A model generated the notes under the pieces. That model had not been told where the DNA came from. It saw only the letters and a list, made by a program, of their open reading frames with translations, and did no database searches. The translations under genes were made by a program, and so were the position numbers. This document shows positions 9,659 to 19,347 of a DNA stretch of 64,000 nucleotides, in pieces. The stretch comes from an uncultured Actinomycetes bacterium (GTDB taxonomy: Bacteria > Actinomycetota > Acidimicrobiia > IMCC26256 > PALSA-610), in the NCBI GenBank assembly GCA_963761175.1, contig CAVXFZ010000020.1:16231-80230 (forward strand). Direction: 5' to 3'. The first letter of the stretch is position 1, and every line of letters starts with the position of its first letter.

Positions 9659-11579
9659 CCGAGGTCCCGCAGGGCCGTCGCGGGCGCGAGCCGCGCCGCC
9701 CGCCATCCGCCCACCAGGCCGGCGACGACACCGCCGACGATCGCGAACGCGAGGCCCAGAAGGAGCGTCGAGCCGTGGATCGGCGCGGTGAGGGTGACCG
9801 TCGTGGTCTGCGCCGCGCTCGACGCCTGACCGAAGAAGCTCGACAGGCTCGAACCACTCAGGCCCGGAGGTGGTGCCGCGGTGGCCTTGAGCGTCGGCGA
9901 GAACGCGTCGACCGCTTTCGCGACGCCGTAGCCCGCGAGCAACCCGAGCCCGCCGCCGAGGATGCCGATCCCGATCGTCTCACCGAGCAGCTGCCGCACC
10001 ACCCGACCCTTCGACCATCCGATCGCGCGCAGCGTCCCGATCTCCCGGACCCGCTTGCCGATCGACGACAACGTCAGCAGCGCCGCAATGATGAACGCGG
10101 CGATGAGCACGATCACCGCGAGCGCACCACCGAGCCGGTCGGAGAGGCTCTTCGCGTCGGCGAGGCTTCCGGTGACCGCGTCGGCGAGGCTCTTCGACGT
10201 GACGACCTCCGCACCGGGCAGCGCCTTGCGGATCTCCGCGGCGACGGCGTCGACCTTCCCGCTACTGCTCGCGCTCACGAGAATCTGCGTGACGCGATTC
10301 TGCTTCGACGCGAGCTTCTGAATCGTCGCGAGCGGGAAGTACACGTCGAAGGTGTTGCCCGCGAGCGTCGGCTTCACGAGGCCGACGACCTTGTAGTTGG
10401 TGCCGTTGATCGAGAGCGTCGCGCCCACCGCAAGGTGCTTCGAGCTCGCGTACGCGACGTTGAGGAGCACCTCGGAGGTCGCGCCCTTCGAGAACCAACG
10501 ACCCTGCGTCACCTGGTCGGCGGTGACGAGCCCCTCGTTCGGGTTCGCGGGGTCGACACCCGCCGCGGTGTAGGAGGTGTTCGTGATGTCGGTCGACGGC
10601 GGGTTCACCACCTGGTTGATCGTCTGCAGCGGGACGGTGAACTGGGCCTGGAACTCCTGGAATCGAGCCGGCAGGCAGTCTTCGAACGCGGGATTGCCGC
10701 CGCCGAAGACGAAGCCGCCGCGGCCACCACCACCTCCGCCACCCCCACCGCCGCCCGTCGTTGGCGGCGTACTGCCTCCCGGTGTCGTGCCGCCGCCGCC
10801 CGCGTCGTTGCCTCCCCGCCGGCCGATCGTGACACCCTTCGACGCGAGGCACGACGTGAACGTCTGGCGCTCGGCGTCGGTCATCGGCGACGGCCGCGTG
10901 GTCTGCGTGTAGGTCTGACCGCCGGTCTTGATCGACGCGACGATGTTCGGCACCGTGCCGGTCTCGTGCTCGACGAGTTGCACCAGCCCGGGCACCGCGC
11001 TCGTGACGCCCGGCAGCTTCGCGACGTCGCTCACCGCGCTCTGCGGGAAGCTGAGGTAGGTGGCCGAGAGGAAGAAGTCGTGGGTGAACTTCGTCCCGGC
11101 CTTGCCGAGCTTCGAGAGGTCGGTGACGACGTTGTTGTTCTCGCTGAGCAGCGCGTCGCAATCGGCCTGGTTCGCCTGCGCGGTCGCGTCGTTGCCGCCG
11201 TTGCCACGCCGCCGCCGCCGCCGCCGCCACCGCCGATGTTGAAGAAGCCGCCGGCGCCGCCCGCGCCGCACGCGTTCGCGGCACCGCCGCCTCCGTTGCG
11301 ACCCGCGAAGCCACCCGGGCTGCTGGTCGTCGTGGTGGCCGCCGTCGTCGTGCTCGTGCCCGACGTCGCCGCCGGCGCCCCGATCACCCTCGTGACGAGG
11401 ATGTCCGTGCCGACCGATTGCAGTGGGGCGAGGACGTGGTTCTGCGCGTCGGAGAGGCCGTCGGAGACGCCGATGATCCCGATGACGAGACCGACCCCCA
11501 TGGCCAGCCCGAGCGCCGTCAGGATCGTCCGGCCCAGCCGCCGACGGAGCTCGCGACCGATGTAGGACAGGGAGAACAC
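9655..11579 (-). CDS. FtsX/MacB-type ABC permease with a large Gly-rich extracytoplasmic domain. The frame is broken in a (GGC)n tract near 11205-11232.
   Basis: The N-terminus MFSLSYIGRELRRRLGRTILTALGLAMGVG (TM1) is in the frame of ORF 11031..11579. The remainder (..NGGNDATAQANQADCD.. to the FtsX-type C-terminal TMs IGTLRAIGWSKGRVVRQLL) is in the frame of ORF 9655..11271. The junction lies in FFNIGGGGGGGGG. Confidence 0.8.
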
Positions 11580-11659
11580 AGCGGGTAGTGAAGGCGACGA
11601 ACCTGAACGCCTTCTAAGAGGCTTCCCTCCTCGGCGCTAAGAGGGCCGGGCCCCGCCGC

Positions 11660-12922
11660 TCACCACTGCGGCCAGCCTCCGGGCACCGACCCGGTCGGCG
11701 GATCGTTCTGTAGCACACCGCCGGGCGCGCCGAGTGCCTGCAGCAGCCGCGAGAAGTTGTATCCGAACGCGGTGGAGTTCGAGCCGTGGTACTGCCCGTA
11801 GGAGCGGGCCATCGTGTCGCCGTTCGCAGAGGGGTCGGCCCACCCGACCTCGATGCCCGTCGGCCCCTCGTACACGCGCCCGAGCACCGTGTTCGCGTTC
11901 ACCGTCTGCCCGACGCTCACCGCAGGCTGGATGTCTTCCGCGAAGTAGACGACGAGTCCTCGCGCGGGACCGTTCGTGAGGCGGTACGCGATGAAGGTCC
12001 CGCCCGGCCAGCCTCCGTTGAACGTGCTGAGCACCACGCCGTCGCCGATTGCGTAGATCGGGCCGAAGCCGCTGAAGTCGACGCCCTGGTCGATGCGTTC
12101 GGGGTTGAGTCCGGCGACCGCGCGCAGCGGGTTCGCGTAGGTACCCGGCGACGGAGACACCGGCGGCGGCGGCGGGAGCGACGGGGGCGGTGGGGCCTGC
12201 GGGGCGGGCGGCGCCGCCGCGAGCGCGCGCTCTTGAGCGAGCTCGGCCGCGCGTGCTTTCGCAGCCGCCGCCGCGAGGAGCGCACTGAGGTTCCCCTTGA
12301 CGTGACGCAGGGTCGACTCGTTCGCGGCGATCGCTCGCGACGCGGCCTGCTGCGCGCGCTGGAGATCGCGCAACGTGGCCGCGGCCTTCTCGTGCGCGGC
12401 TCGCAACGCGCGCTCGGCGCCCTGCGTCCGCGCGCGATCGCTTGCCAGCTGGTTGAGCTGCGCGTCGATCTTGCTGTTCGCGGCGCTCAGGTAGCTGTTC
12501 TGCTCGAACGCCTGCCGCACGCTGTCGGCGTTGCCGAACACCGCGAACGTCGACGTGCCCATCCGGCCGGCGTTCATGTACGCCTCGACTGCGACCCGTC
12601 GCGCGATCGCGGCCGACGCCGCCTCGATCTTCTGGTCGGCGCCAAGACGAGAGCGATCGTGCGCGATCTGCTCGTCGAGCGCGCTCACCTGCGCCTGCAC
12701 CTTGTTCGCCTTCTCGACGAGCGTTTCGATCTGCACGCCTTGCGCGGCGATCTGCTGCTCGAGCTTCGTGATCTGCCCGCGGTCGGATTCGACGGTGGCG
12801 ACCGCGGTGCCGGACGAGACGACGACGACCGTCGACGCGAGGCTCAACGCGCTGATCGCCGCGAGCACGAAACGCGCAGACCGGCGCCGGGACGCGACGG
12901 GTACCACCGACACCCGGGACAT
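11660..12922 (-). CDS. secreted coiled-coil protein with a degenerate LytM/M23-like C-terminal domain (EnvC-like architecture)
   Basis: Signal peptide, about 230 aa of Ala/Gln/Glu-rich heptad-like sequence, and a Pro-rich linker. The C-terminal RIDQGVDFSGFGPIYAIGDGVVL..VSVGQTVNANTVLGRV follows the M23 fold pattern but lacks the HxxxD/HxH zinc ligands. Confidence 0.6.
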   Translation of the reverse strand: MSRVSVVPVASRRRSARFVLAAISALSLASTVVVVSSGTAVATVESDRGQITKLEQQIAAQGVQIETLVEKANKVQAQVSALDEQIAHDRSRLGADQKIEAASAAIARRVAVEAYMNAGRMGTSTFAVFGNADSVRQAFEQNSYLSAANSKIDAQLNQLASDRARTQGAERALRAAHEKAAATLRDLQRAQQAASRAIAANESTLRHVKGNLSALLAAAAAKARAAELAQERALAAAPPAPQAPPPPSLPPPPPVSPSPGTYANPLRAVAGLNPERIDQGVDFSGFGPIYAIGDGVVLSTFNGGWPGGTFIAYRLTNGPARGLVVYFAEDIQPAVSVGQTVNANTVLGRVYEGPTGIEVGWADPSANGDTMARSYGQYHGSNSTAFGYNFSRLLQALGAPGGVLQNDPPTGSVPGGWPQW

Positions 12923-13366
12923 TGACGCTCGAAGTTAGTTGGCCCCGCCCGGGCAACTCAAGGCGGACGCTCACGTTGCCGTCACGCAGCCGTGATGAGA
13001 GCGAATCGGTGCGCTCGCGACGATCCGGCACGGACCCTTGACTTCGCCCCGAACCGGGATCAGGCTCGCGCTCGACATCGATTCGATCGATACGGGAAGA
13101 ACGCGACACCGCCGGGGGGCAACCGGGGCGGGTCGTCGGGTTCGTGGTCTTGCACGACGGCGTCTTCGGGGGACGACGTGCGAACGATCCACGACCACCC
13201 AGCTTCCGAGATCCGCGCCGGCTCGCCGCCGCGACGCGCTCGAGCACCCACGCGGCGCGCCCGCGCTCCGAACGCGATCTCGCGCCCGCGCGCTCGACCC
13301 GCGCCGACGCGCGGACCGCGCGCGCTGCAAACCGCGACGAGATGCCCACAGACACGGAGGTACGCC

Positions 13367-14332
13367 ATGGCCATCGAAGGCCACATCTATCGCATCACCG
13401 ATGCCCGAACGTTCTTCACCCCGATCGTGCTCGGCGGCACGCCGCCCGCCACCGGCTTCGAGCCGTGGCCGGGCGTCAACGTCGGCGCGAGCCTCTACGG
13501 GAAGCTGCTCTTCTTCGTCGTCGACTACGAGAACCTCTACACGACGACCGACAGCGCGGGCCGCTTCTCGCTCGCGGACCCGCCGGCGAACCTCGTGAAC
13601 ATCTTCGGCGGCACGGAGGAAGCCTTCGTGAGCCTGCTGTGCTCGCACGACGGGCGGCCGCTCTTCCGGTCGGGGATGTTCCAGCTCGGCGAGGCCGACG
13701 AGCGCGAGCTCAACATCTACCTCTACCCCGACACGCTCTCCGTCAGCGAGGGCATCGTCGCGGGCGACGTGAGCGGCGTCCTCGGCGGCGCCGGACTCCC
13801 CGGCAACACGCAGATCACTGCGAACCCGAGCGGTCTGTCGTTCAAGGGTTCGGAGGGCCAGGTAAGCCTGCAGTTCGGGGTCGCGCTCACCCCCGACACG
13901 TCGAACAACCTCGGCGCGTTCCTCGACCTCACGCTCGCGTCGTGGAACATCAACGTCGACTGGCCGACGTCGTGGTTCAAGAGCGCGACCGACGTACTCA
14001 ACGACCTGCGCGCGGGCATCAACGGTGCCGGGAGCTCCGTGAACTCTGCGGTGCTCGACAAGATGAAGACAGTCGTCGAGGACGAGGACGGCTTGCCGGC
14101 TTCGCTCGCGGACACCTTCTTCGCGTCCGACGTGTCGGTGACGTTCATGGACGTGTGGTACCCGGCGACGCACACATGGGGTATCGGCGACACCGGCGAC
14201 GAAACCGTCGTCGTGATGGCCGATCCGTGCATCGGATGGCCGCGCGACTTCTCGAAGGACCCGGTGAAGCACACGATCCCGTGGTGGTGGCTTCGCCCCT
14301 ACGTGAGCGGGCTTTCGCTGGTGCGACCGTGA
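13367..14332 (+). CDS. hypothetical protein (N-terminal carboxypeptidase-regulatory-like beta-sandwich?)
   Basis: ATG 13367 is preceded by GGAGG. The 321-aa ORF has non-shadow composition, a TTDSAGRFSL motif and no signal peptide. I recognise no family. Confidence 0.55.
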   Translation: MAIEGHIYRITDARTFFTPIVLGGTPPATGFEPWPGVNVGASLYGKLLFFVVDYENLYTTTDSAGRFSLADPPANLVNIFGGTEEAFVSLLCSHDGRPLFRSGMFQLGEADERELNIYLYPDTLSVSEGIVAGDVSGVLGGAGLPGNTQITANPSGLSFKGSEGQVSLQFGVALTPDTSNNLGAFLDLTLASWNINVDWPTSWFKSATDVLNDLRAGINGAGSSVNSAVLDKMKTVVEDEDGLPASLADTFFASDVSVTFMDVWYPATHTWGIGDTGDETVVVMADPCIGWPRDFSKDPVKHTIPWWWLRPYVSGLSLVRP

Positions 14333-14359
14333 GGCCGCACGCCGCGGGCGTGAACGCGC

Positions 14360-14788
14360 TCAGGTCGCCTCGGCGATCCGGCGCGCTTCGCGTAGCTCAC
14401 CCGCGAGTCCGATGAGCAGCTGCTCCGCGAGGTCGGGGATCTCGCGGAGCAGCGTTCGGAACATGCGGATGCCGAGCACCGCGACCTTCACGTCGGTCAG
14501 GGCAGCGACGGTCGCGCTCCGCGGCTCGCCGTCGAGCACCGCGAGCTCGCCGAAGTAGGCGCCCGGTCCGACCCGGTTGATCTCGAGGTCGCCGTGACGG
14601 ACGGTCGCGTCGCCGTCGAGGATCACGAACAGCGCGTCGCCCGACTCGCCTTCGCGGATGAGGTCGGTACCGGCGGGCAGTGACGCGATCTCCGCATGGC
14701 GCGCGACGGTGCGCAGCTGGCGTGCGGTGCACTTGGAGAACAGCGTCACGTCGCCGAGCAGCTCCGCGAGCTCGCGCTTCGCCCCCAT
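14360..14788 (-). CDS. stand-alone cyclic-nucleotide-binding domain protein
   Basis: 142 aa from ATG 14788. cNMP-binding signature GESGDALFVILDGDATV..GPGAYFGELAVLDGEPRSATV. No HTH domain. Confidence 0.8.
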   Translation of the reverse strand: MGAKRELAELLGDVTLFSKCTARQLRTVARHAEIASLPAGTDLIREGESGDALFVILDGDATVRHGDLEINRVGPGAYFGELAVLDGEPRSATVAALTDVKVAVLGIRMFRTLLREIPDLAEQLLIGLAGELREARRIAEAT

Positions 14789-14801
14789 CGGCCCTTCCCC
14801 C

Positions 14802-14825
14802 GTCCCGTGCGCGGTCCCGTGCGCT
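14802..14825. repeat. tandem 12-nt direct repeat in the divergent promoter region
   Basis: gtcccgtgcgcg followed directly by gtcccgtgcgct, between the cNMP-binding gene (start 14788) and the MMPL gene (start 14907). Confidence 0.8.
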
Positions 14826-14906
14826 GCGCAGCCACCACCGTTACGCTGCCGCACACCTTTGCACTCGGGATCACACCGAGTCGAGCGACGGCCAGGGGGC
14901 GGCTGG

Positions 14907-17150
14907 GTGCGGCGGTTGGCCATCTTCGTGATCCGGCGGCGGTGGCTGGTCCTGATCGGCGTCCTGATCGCGCTCCCCGCGTTCGCGCTCTACGGCGGCA
15001 AGGTCCACGACAAGCTCTCGACGGGAGGCTTCACCGATCCGGGCGCGGAATCGAGCCGCGCCGCCGCCGAGATCGCGCGGCTGTTTCCCAAGGCGAGCCA
15101 ATCCGACTTCGTCGTCGTCGTGACCGCGCGTTCGGGAACCGTGAACGACGCCACCGTGAAGGCGGCCGGTACCGCGCTGACGGCGAAGCTCGCGCACGAC
15201 GCCGGCGTCCTCGACTCCGCGTCGTACTGGACCCTCGACGAGCCGGCCCAGTTGCGCAGCCGCGACAGCCGCCAGGCGCTGATCTTCGCCTCGTTGCGCG
15301 GCAACGACGACGAACGTCTCAAGACCGCGGCGCGCCTCTCGCCGCAGTTCAGTACCGACGGCACGGTGGTCGCGACCGCGGTCACGGGCCGCGTCGAGGT
15401 CACCCGCCAGCTCGCCGACGAAGCGCAAAAGGACCTCCAGAAGTCGGAGCTCCTCACTGCGCCACTCACGTTCATCGCGCTCGTGATCGTGTTCGGCAGC
15501 GCGGTCGCGGCCGGGCTCCCACTCGCCGTGGGCATCATCGCGGTACTCGGCACCTTCGCCGTGCTGACGCTGCTCACGCTGTTCACCGACGTCTCGGTGT
15601 TCGCGCTGAACCTCACGACCGGCATGGGGCTCGGGCTGTCGATCGACTACAGCCTCTTCATCGTCACGCGGTACCGCGAGGAGCTGCGCAACGGCGTCTC
15701 GACGAACGTCGCGGTCGGGCGTTCGATGCAGACGGCCGGAAGAACCGTCGCGTTCAGCGCGGGCACGGTCGCGGTGTCGATCGCGGTGCTCGCGCTCTTC
15801 CCGATGGCCTACCTGCGCTCGTTCGCGTTCGCAGGCGTCGCCGTGGTCGCGCTCGCCGGGATCGCGGCGGTGATCGTGCTACCCGCGGTGCTCGCGATCC
15901 TCGGGCCGCGCGTCGAGAAGGGGCGGATCCTCAAGACCCGCGCGGATCCGGAGAACCGCTTCTGGCACCGGCAGGCGGTGCGGGTGATGCACCGGCCGAT
16001 CCTCTACGCGGTCTCGGTGACGTTGTTGCTCTGCGCGCTCGCGATTCCGTTCTTCCACATCACGCCCGGGCTCGCCGACGATCGCGTCGGGCCGAAGTCG
16101 ATGTCGAGCCGCCAGGCCACCGACTCGATCCGCCACAACTTCGCCAGCCGCGAAGCCGACGCGCTCTCGGTGCTGATCGAAGGCGTGAACCCCACCACCG
16201 ACCGCGACGCGATCGACCGGTTCGCCCGTGCACTCGCCGGCACGCGGGGCGTCGCGCGGGTCGACGGGGCGAGCGGCTACTTCCTGCCGACCGCCGGCAA
16301 GGTCGTCGCGGTGCCGGCGTCGGCCGCGGCACCCGGGCTCGCGGCGCGCTTCACGTCGACGAGCGCCACGGATGCGACCTTCCTCTCCGTCGTCCCCGAC
16401 GTCGAGCCGTACTCGAAGGAGGGGGTGCGACTCGTCGACGACATCCGCGCGACCCCGGCACCGTTCCACTTCCTCGTCGCCGGCACCTCCGCCGAGCTCG
16501 TCGACACGCGCCATGCGGTCTTCGCACGGTTGCCGCTCGTGTTGGGGATCATCGCGATCGCGACGTTCGTGCTGCTGTTCTTCATGACCGGCAGCCTCGT
16601 GGTGCCCGTGAAGGCGTTGTTCCTCAACGTATTGAGCCTCACCGCGACGTTCGGCGCGACGGTGTGGATCTTCCAGGAAGGCCACCTCTCGCACCTCCTC
16701 GACTTCACGCCGTCGGGAACGATCGACGTCTTCACGCCGATCCTGATGTTCTGCATCGCGTTCGGCACGTCGATGGACTACGAGGTCTTCCTGCTGTCGC
16801 GTATCAAGGAGGAGTACGACCTCGAACGCGACAACGAGCACGCGGTCGCCGAGGGGCTCGCGAAGACCGGCCGGCTCGTCACCGCGGCCGCGCTGCTCCT
16901 GATGATCGTGTTCGTCGGAATCGCAGTCTCAGGCGTGCAACTGTTGAAGATCTTCGGTGTCGGCCTCGCACTCGCGGTGATCGTCGACGCGTTCCTGATC
17001 CGAACGATGCTGCTCCCCGCGTTCATGCGCCTGGCCGGGCGCGTCAACTGGTGGTCGCCGAAGTGGCTCCGCCAGTGGCACCTCCGCTTCGGGCTCTGGG
17101 AGAACGAGCCCATCGCGATCCTCGACCGCGAGTTCGAAGCCACGACCTGA
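14907..17150 (+). CDS. MMPL-family (RND superfamily) lipid transporter
   Basis: GTG 14907 (VRRLAIFVIRRRWLVL..). Two 6-TM bundles with MMPL-typical GLGLSIDYSLFIVTRYREEL and AFGTSMDYEVFLLSRIKEE, and large loops. Confidence 0.9.
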   Translation: MRRLAIFVIRRRWLVLIGVLIALPAFALYGGKVHDKLSTGGFTDPGAESSRAAAEIARLFPKASQSDFVVVVTARSGTVNDATVKAAGTALTAKLAHDAGVLDSASYWTLDEPAQLRSRDSRQALIFASLRGNDDERLKTAARLSPQFSTDGTVVATAVTGRVEVTRQLADEAQKDLQKSELLTAPLTFIALVIVFGSAVAAGLPLAVGIIAVLGTFAVLTLLTLFTDVSVFALNLTTGMGLGLSIDYSLFIVTRYREELRNGVSTNVAVGRSMQTAGRTVAFSAGTVAVSIAVLALFPMAYLRSFAFAGVAVVALAGIAAVIVLPAVLAILGPRVEKGRILKTRADPENRFWHRQAVRVMHRPILYAVSVTLLLCALAIPFFHITPGLADDRVGPKSMSSRQATDSIRHNFASREADALSVLIEGVNPTTDRDAIDRFARALAGTRGVARVDGASGYFLPTAGKVVAVPASAAAPGLAARFTSTSATDATFLSVVPDVEPYSKEGVRLVDDIRATPAPFHFLVAGTSAELVDTRHAVFARLPLVLGIIAIATFVLLFFMTGSLVVPVKALFLNVLSLTATFGATVWIFQEGHLSHLLDFTPSGTIDVFTPILMFCIAFGTSMDYEVFLLSRIKEEYDLERDNEHAVAEGLAKTGRLVTAAALLLMIVFVGIAVSGVQLLKIFGVGLALAVIVDAFLIRTMLLPAFMRLAGRVNWWSPKWLRQWHLRFGLWENEPIAILDREFEATT

Positions 17151-17168
17151 GCGGCCGCTGCCGGCTCG

Positions 17169-18545
17169 TCAGGCGAGCTTCACCAGCTCGTCGAAGGAGT
17201 CCTGGAGGCACGCGATCAACAGATCGGCGTCGGGTATCGCGGCCGGGTCGGAGTTGATCGCCAGGTGCAGCTCGTCGAGGTGCGAGATCATCGTGACGTT
17301 CAGCGCCGCGCCGGCGTGCGGCGAGAACCCGAAGTTCTGGAGCGACGCCGATCCCGCGACGTAGAGCGGGATCGGCGTGCCCGGCACGCTGCTCGCGACG
17401 ACGTCGACGCGGCGCCCGACCGCCGACACCATCGGCGCCAACCAACCGGCCGGCACGACGTTGAGGAGCCGCGCGGCCGAGCCCGTGAACGACAGCGCCT
17501 GCTCGGTACGTTGGGCGGTGGTCACGTCGCGCACGATCTCCATGCGCACGAGAGGATCGGCGGCGTCGATCGGCAGGACGAAGCGCGCCGGCGCGAACTG
17601 GTTCCCCAGCCCGGTGTCCTCGCGGGTGCTCACCGGCATCGCGAACCGCAACGCGGGAGCATCGACCGCGTGGCTCGCGTGATAGCGGGCCAAGCCGCCC
17701 GCGATGCCCGCGACGAACGCGGTGTTGAGCTTCGCGTTCACGCGGTGCGCGGCCGCCTTCATCTCGGGCATCGGTACCGCGAGCGCGTCGAAGCGCGCGC
17801 CCAGCGACCGATCCCGCATGAGCGGGCTCAGCGCGCCCGAGCCGGGTGCCGTGACCCGCGCGAGCGAGCGGCCGAAGCTCACCGCCGACGCCGTGGTGTC
17901 GAGCGGATGGGCGCAGGCGTCGACGAGCATGCCGGGAGCGCGGCGGGCGAACCGTGCAATCGTGGCGGCGTCGTTGCGCGCGGACCCGATGAGCCGTTGC
18001 AGGGTCGAGACGTCGGCGAGCACCGGCGGGGCCGCGACCGGCGCGGCCGGAGCCGGATCGGGCTCGATGTCGACGAAGACGAGCACGACGTCGAGCAGGC
18101 TGATGCCGTCGCCGAGTGAGTGATGGATCTTCTGGATCGCGGCGGCCCGGCCGTCGGCGAGGCCCTCGACGATGTGCGACTCCCACAACGGGCGGGCCGT
18201 GTCGAACGGGTGCAGCGAGAGCCGGGCCGCGTAGTCGAGCAGTTCCCGCAGGCCGGAACCGTCGGGGAGGCGCACGAACTGGAGGTGGTAGTCGACGTCG
18301 AACTCGGACGCCGGCCTCCACGTGGGCGCCACCCCCGCGACCGGAGACCACACCGGCACTTCGCGAAAGCGCGGCACCCGGTCGATCCCCTCGAGCACCC
18401 GGCGGCGGAACCGCTCACGATCCGGAGGATGCGAGAGCAGCGCGACCTGGAGGATCGTCGAACGCAGCTCGGGCGACCGTTCGAGCCGCAGCAGGAGCGT
18501 GTCGGTGGCGCTCAGCTCTCGGGCGCTCTGCGGAGGTGCCGGCAC
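17169..18545 (-). CDS. wax ester synthase/diacylglycerol acyltransferase (WS/DGAT)
   Basis: Active-site motif HHSLGDG (HHxxxDG) and overall WS/DGAT layout. GTG 18545 lies just downstream of the SDR stop at 18550. Confidence 0.85.
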   Translation of the reverse strand: MPAPPQSARELSATDTLLLRLERSPELRSTILQVALLSHPPDRERFRRRVLEGIDRVPRFREVPVWSPVAGVAPTWRPASEFDVDYHLQFVRLPDGSGLRELLDYAARLSLHPFDTARPLWESHIVEGLADGRAAAIQKIHHSLGDGISLLDVVLVFVDIEPDPAPAAPVAAPPVLADVSTLQRLIGSARNDAATIARFARRAPGMLVDACAHPLDTTASAVSFGRSLARVTAPGSGALSPLMRDRSLGARFDALAVPMPEMKAAAHRVNAKLNTAFVAGIAGGLARYHASHAVDAPALRFAMPVSTREDTGLGNQFAPARFVLPIDAADPLVRMEIVRDVTTAQRTEQALSFTGSAARLLNVVPAGWLAPMVSAVGRRVDVVASSVPGTPIPLYVAGSASLQNFGFSPHAGAALNVTMISHLDELHLAINSDPAAIPDADLLIACLQDSFDELVKLA

Positions 18546-18549
18546 CCGA

Positions 18550-19347
18550 TCAACTCCTCGCCGACTGCCGCAGCACGAACTTGCTCGCCTGGCGCGTGAA
18601 CACCGTCGGCAGGAAGCCCGACGCGGTCGCGACGACCCGTTGCAGCGCACCGGGGATCTCGACGGGACGGTTGCGCGCGACGGCGTCGAGCGCGGCCCGC
18701 GCGACACCCTCGGTCGACTGCCACATGAACGCCGGCCCACCGGGGAGCACCCCGAGGCGAGTCTGGAACTCCGTCTGCATGAACCCCGGGCACACCACGG
18801 TCGCGCGCACGCCGGTGCCGATGAGGTCGTCGTGGACCGCCTGCGTGAACGACGTGACGAACGCCTTCGTGGCGCAGTACGTCGCCATGCGGGGCCCGGG
18901 CTGGAAGCTCGCCATCGACGACACGTTCAGGATCGCGCCGCGTCCCTGCTGCACCATCGTGCGCGCCGCGGCGTGGGTGAGCCGCACGACCGCGAGCACG
19001 TTGAGCCGGACCTCGCGTTCCTCCCAGTCGACGTCGAGCTGATGGAAACGGCCGCCGGTGCCGAATCCCGCGTTGTTCACCAGGATGTCGATCGGCGCGC
19101 GCTGGTCGGCGCAGCGGGCTTCGACGCGTGCGAGGTCGTCGGGCTCGGTGAGGTCGGCACTGAGCACGTCGTACGCGATGCCGTGATCGGCTCGCAAGCT
19201 CGCACCGACCTTCTCGAGCCGCTCGGCGTCGCGCGCGACGAGAATCAGATCGTGGCCGCGTTCGGCCAGCAACCGTGCGAAGTCGACTCCGATGCCCGTC
19301 GACGCGCCCGTGACGAGACCGACACGCCGATCACGGCTGCGACTCAC
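18550..19347 (-). CDS. short-chain dehydrogenase/reductase (SDR)
   Basis: TGASTGIG cofactor motif, NNAG, and a catalytic YxxxK (YCATK). Confidence 0.9.
   Translation of the reverse strand: MSRSRDRRVGLVTGASTGIGVDFARLLAERGHDLILVARDAERLEKVGASLRADHGIAYDVLSADLTEPDDLARVEARCADQRAPIDILVNNAGFGTGGRFHQLDVDWEEREVRLNVLAVVRLTHAAARTMVQQGRGAILNVSSMASFQPGPRMATYCATKAFVTSFTQAVHDDLIGTGVRATVVCPGFMQTEFQTRLGVLPGGPAFMWQSTEGVARAALDAVARNRPVEIPGALQRVVATASGFLPTVFTRQASKFVLRQSARS

Noticed and set aside
11590-11614. Hairpin gaaggcg-N11-cgccttc between the LytM-like gene and the permease gene, as a terminator or attenuator.
   Set aside because: The stem is 7 bp with an 11-nt loop and no U-tract. It may modulate read-through, but the evidence is insufficient to annotate it.
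14845-14880. A possible CRP/cAMP-receptor binding site (..cgcacacctttgcactcgggatcacacc..) near the cNMP-binding gene.
   Set aside because: Only one TCACA half-site is present. There is no matching TGTGA at the required 6-nt spacing.
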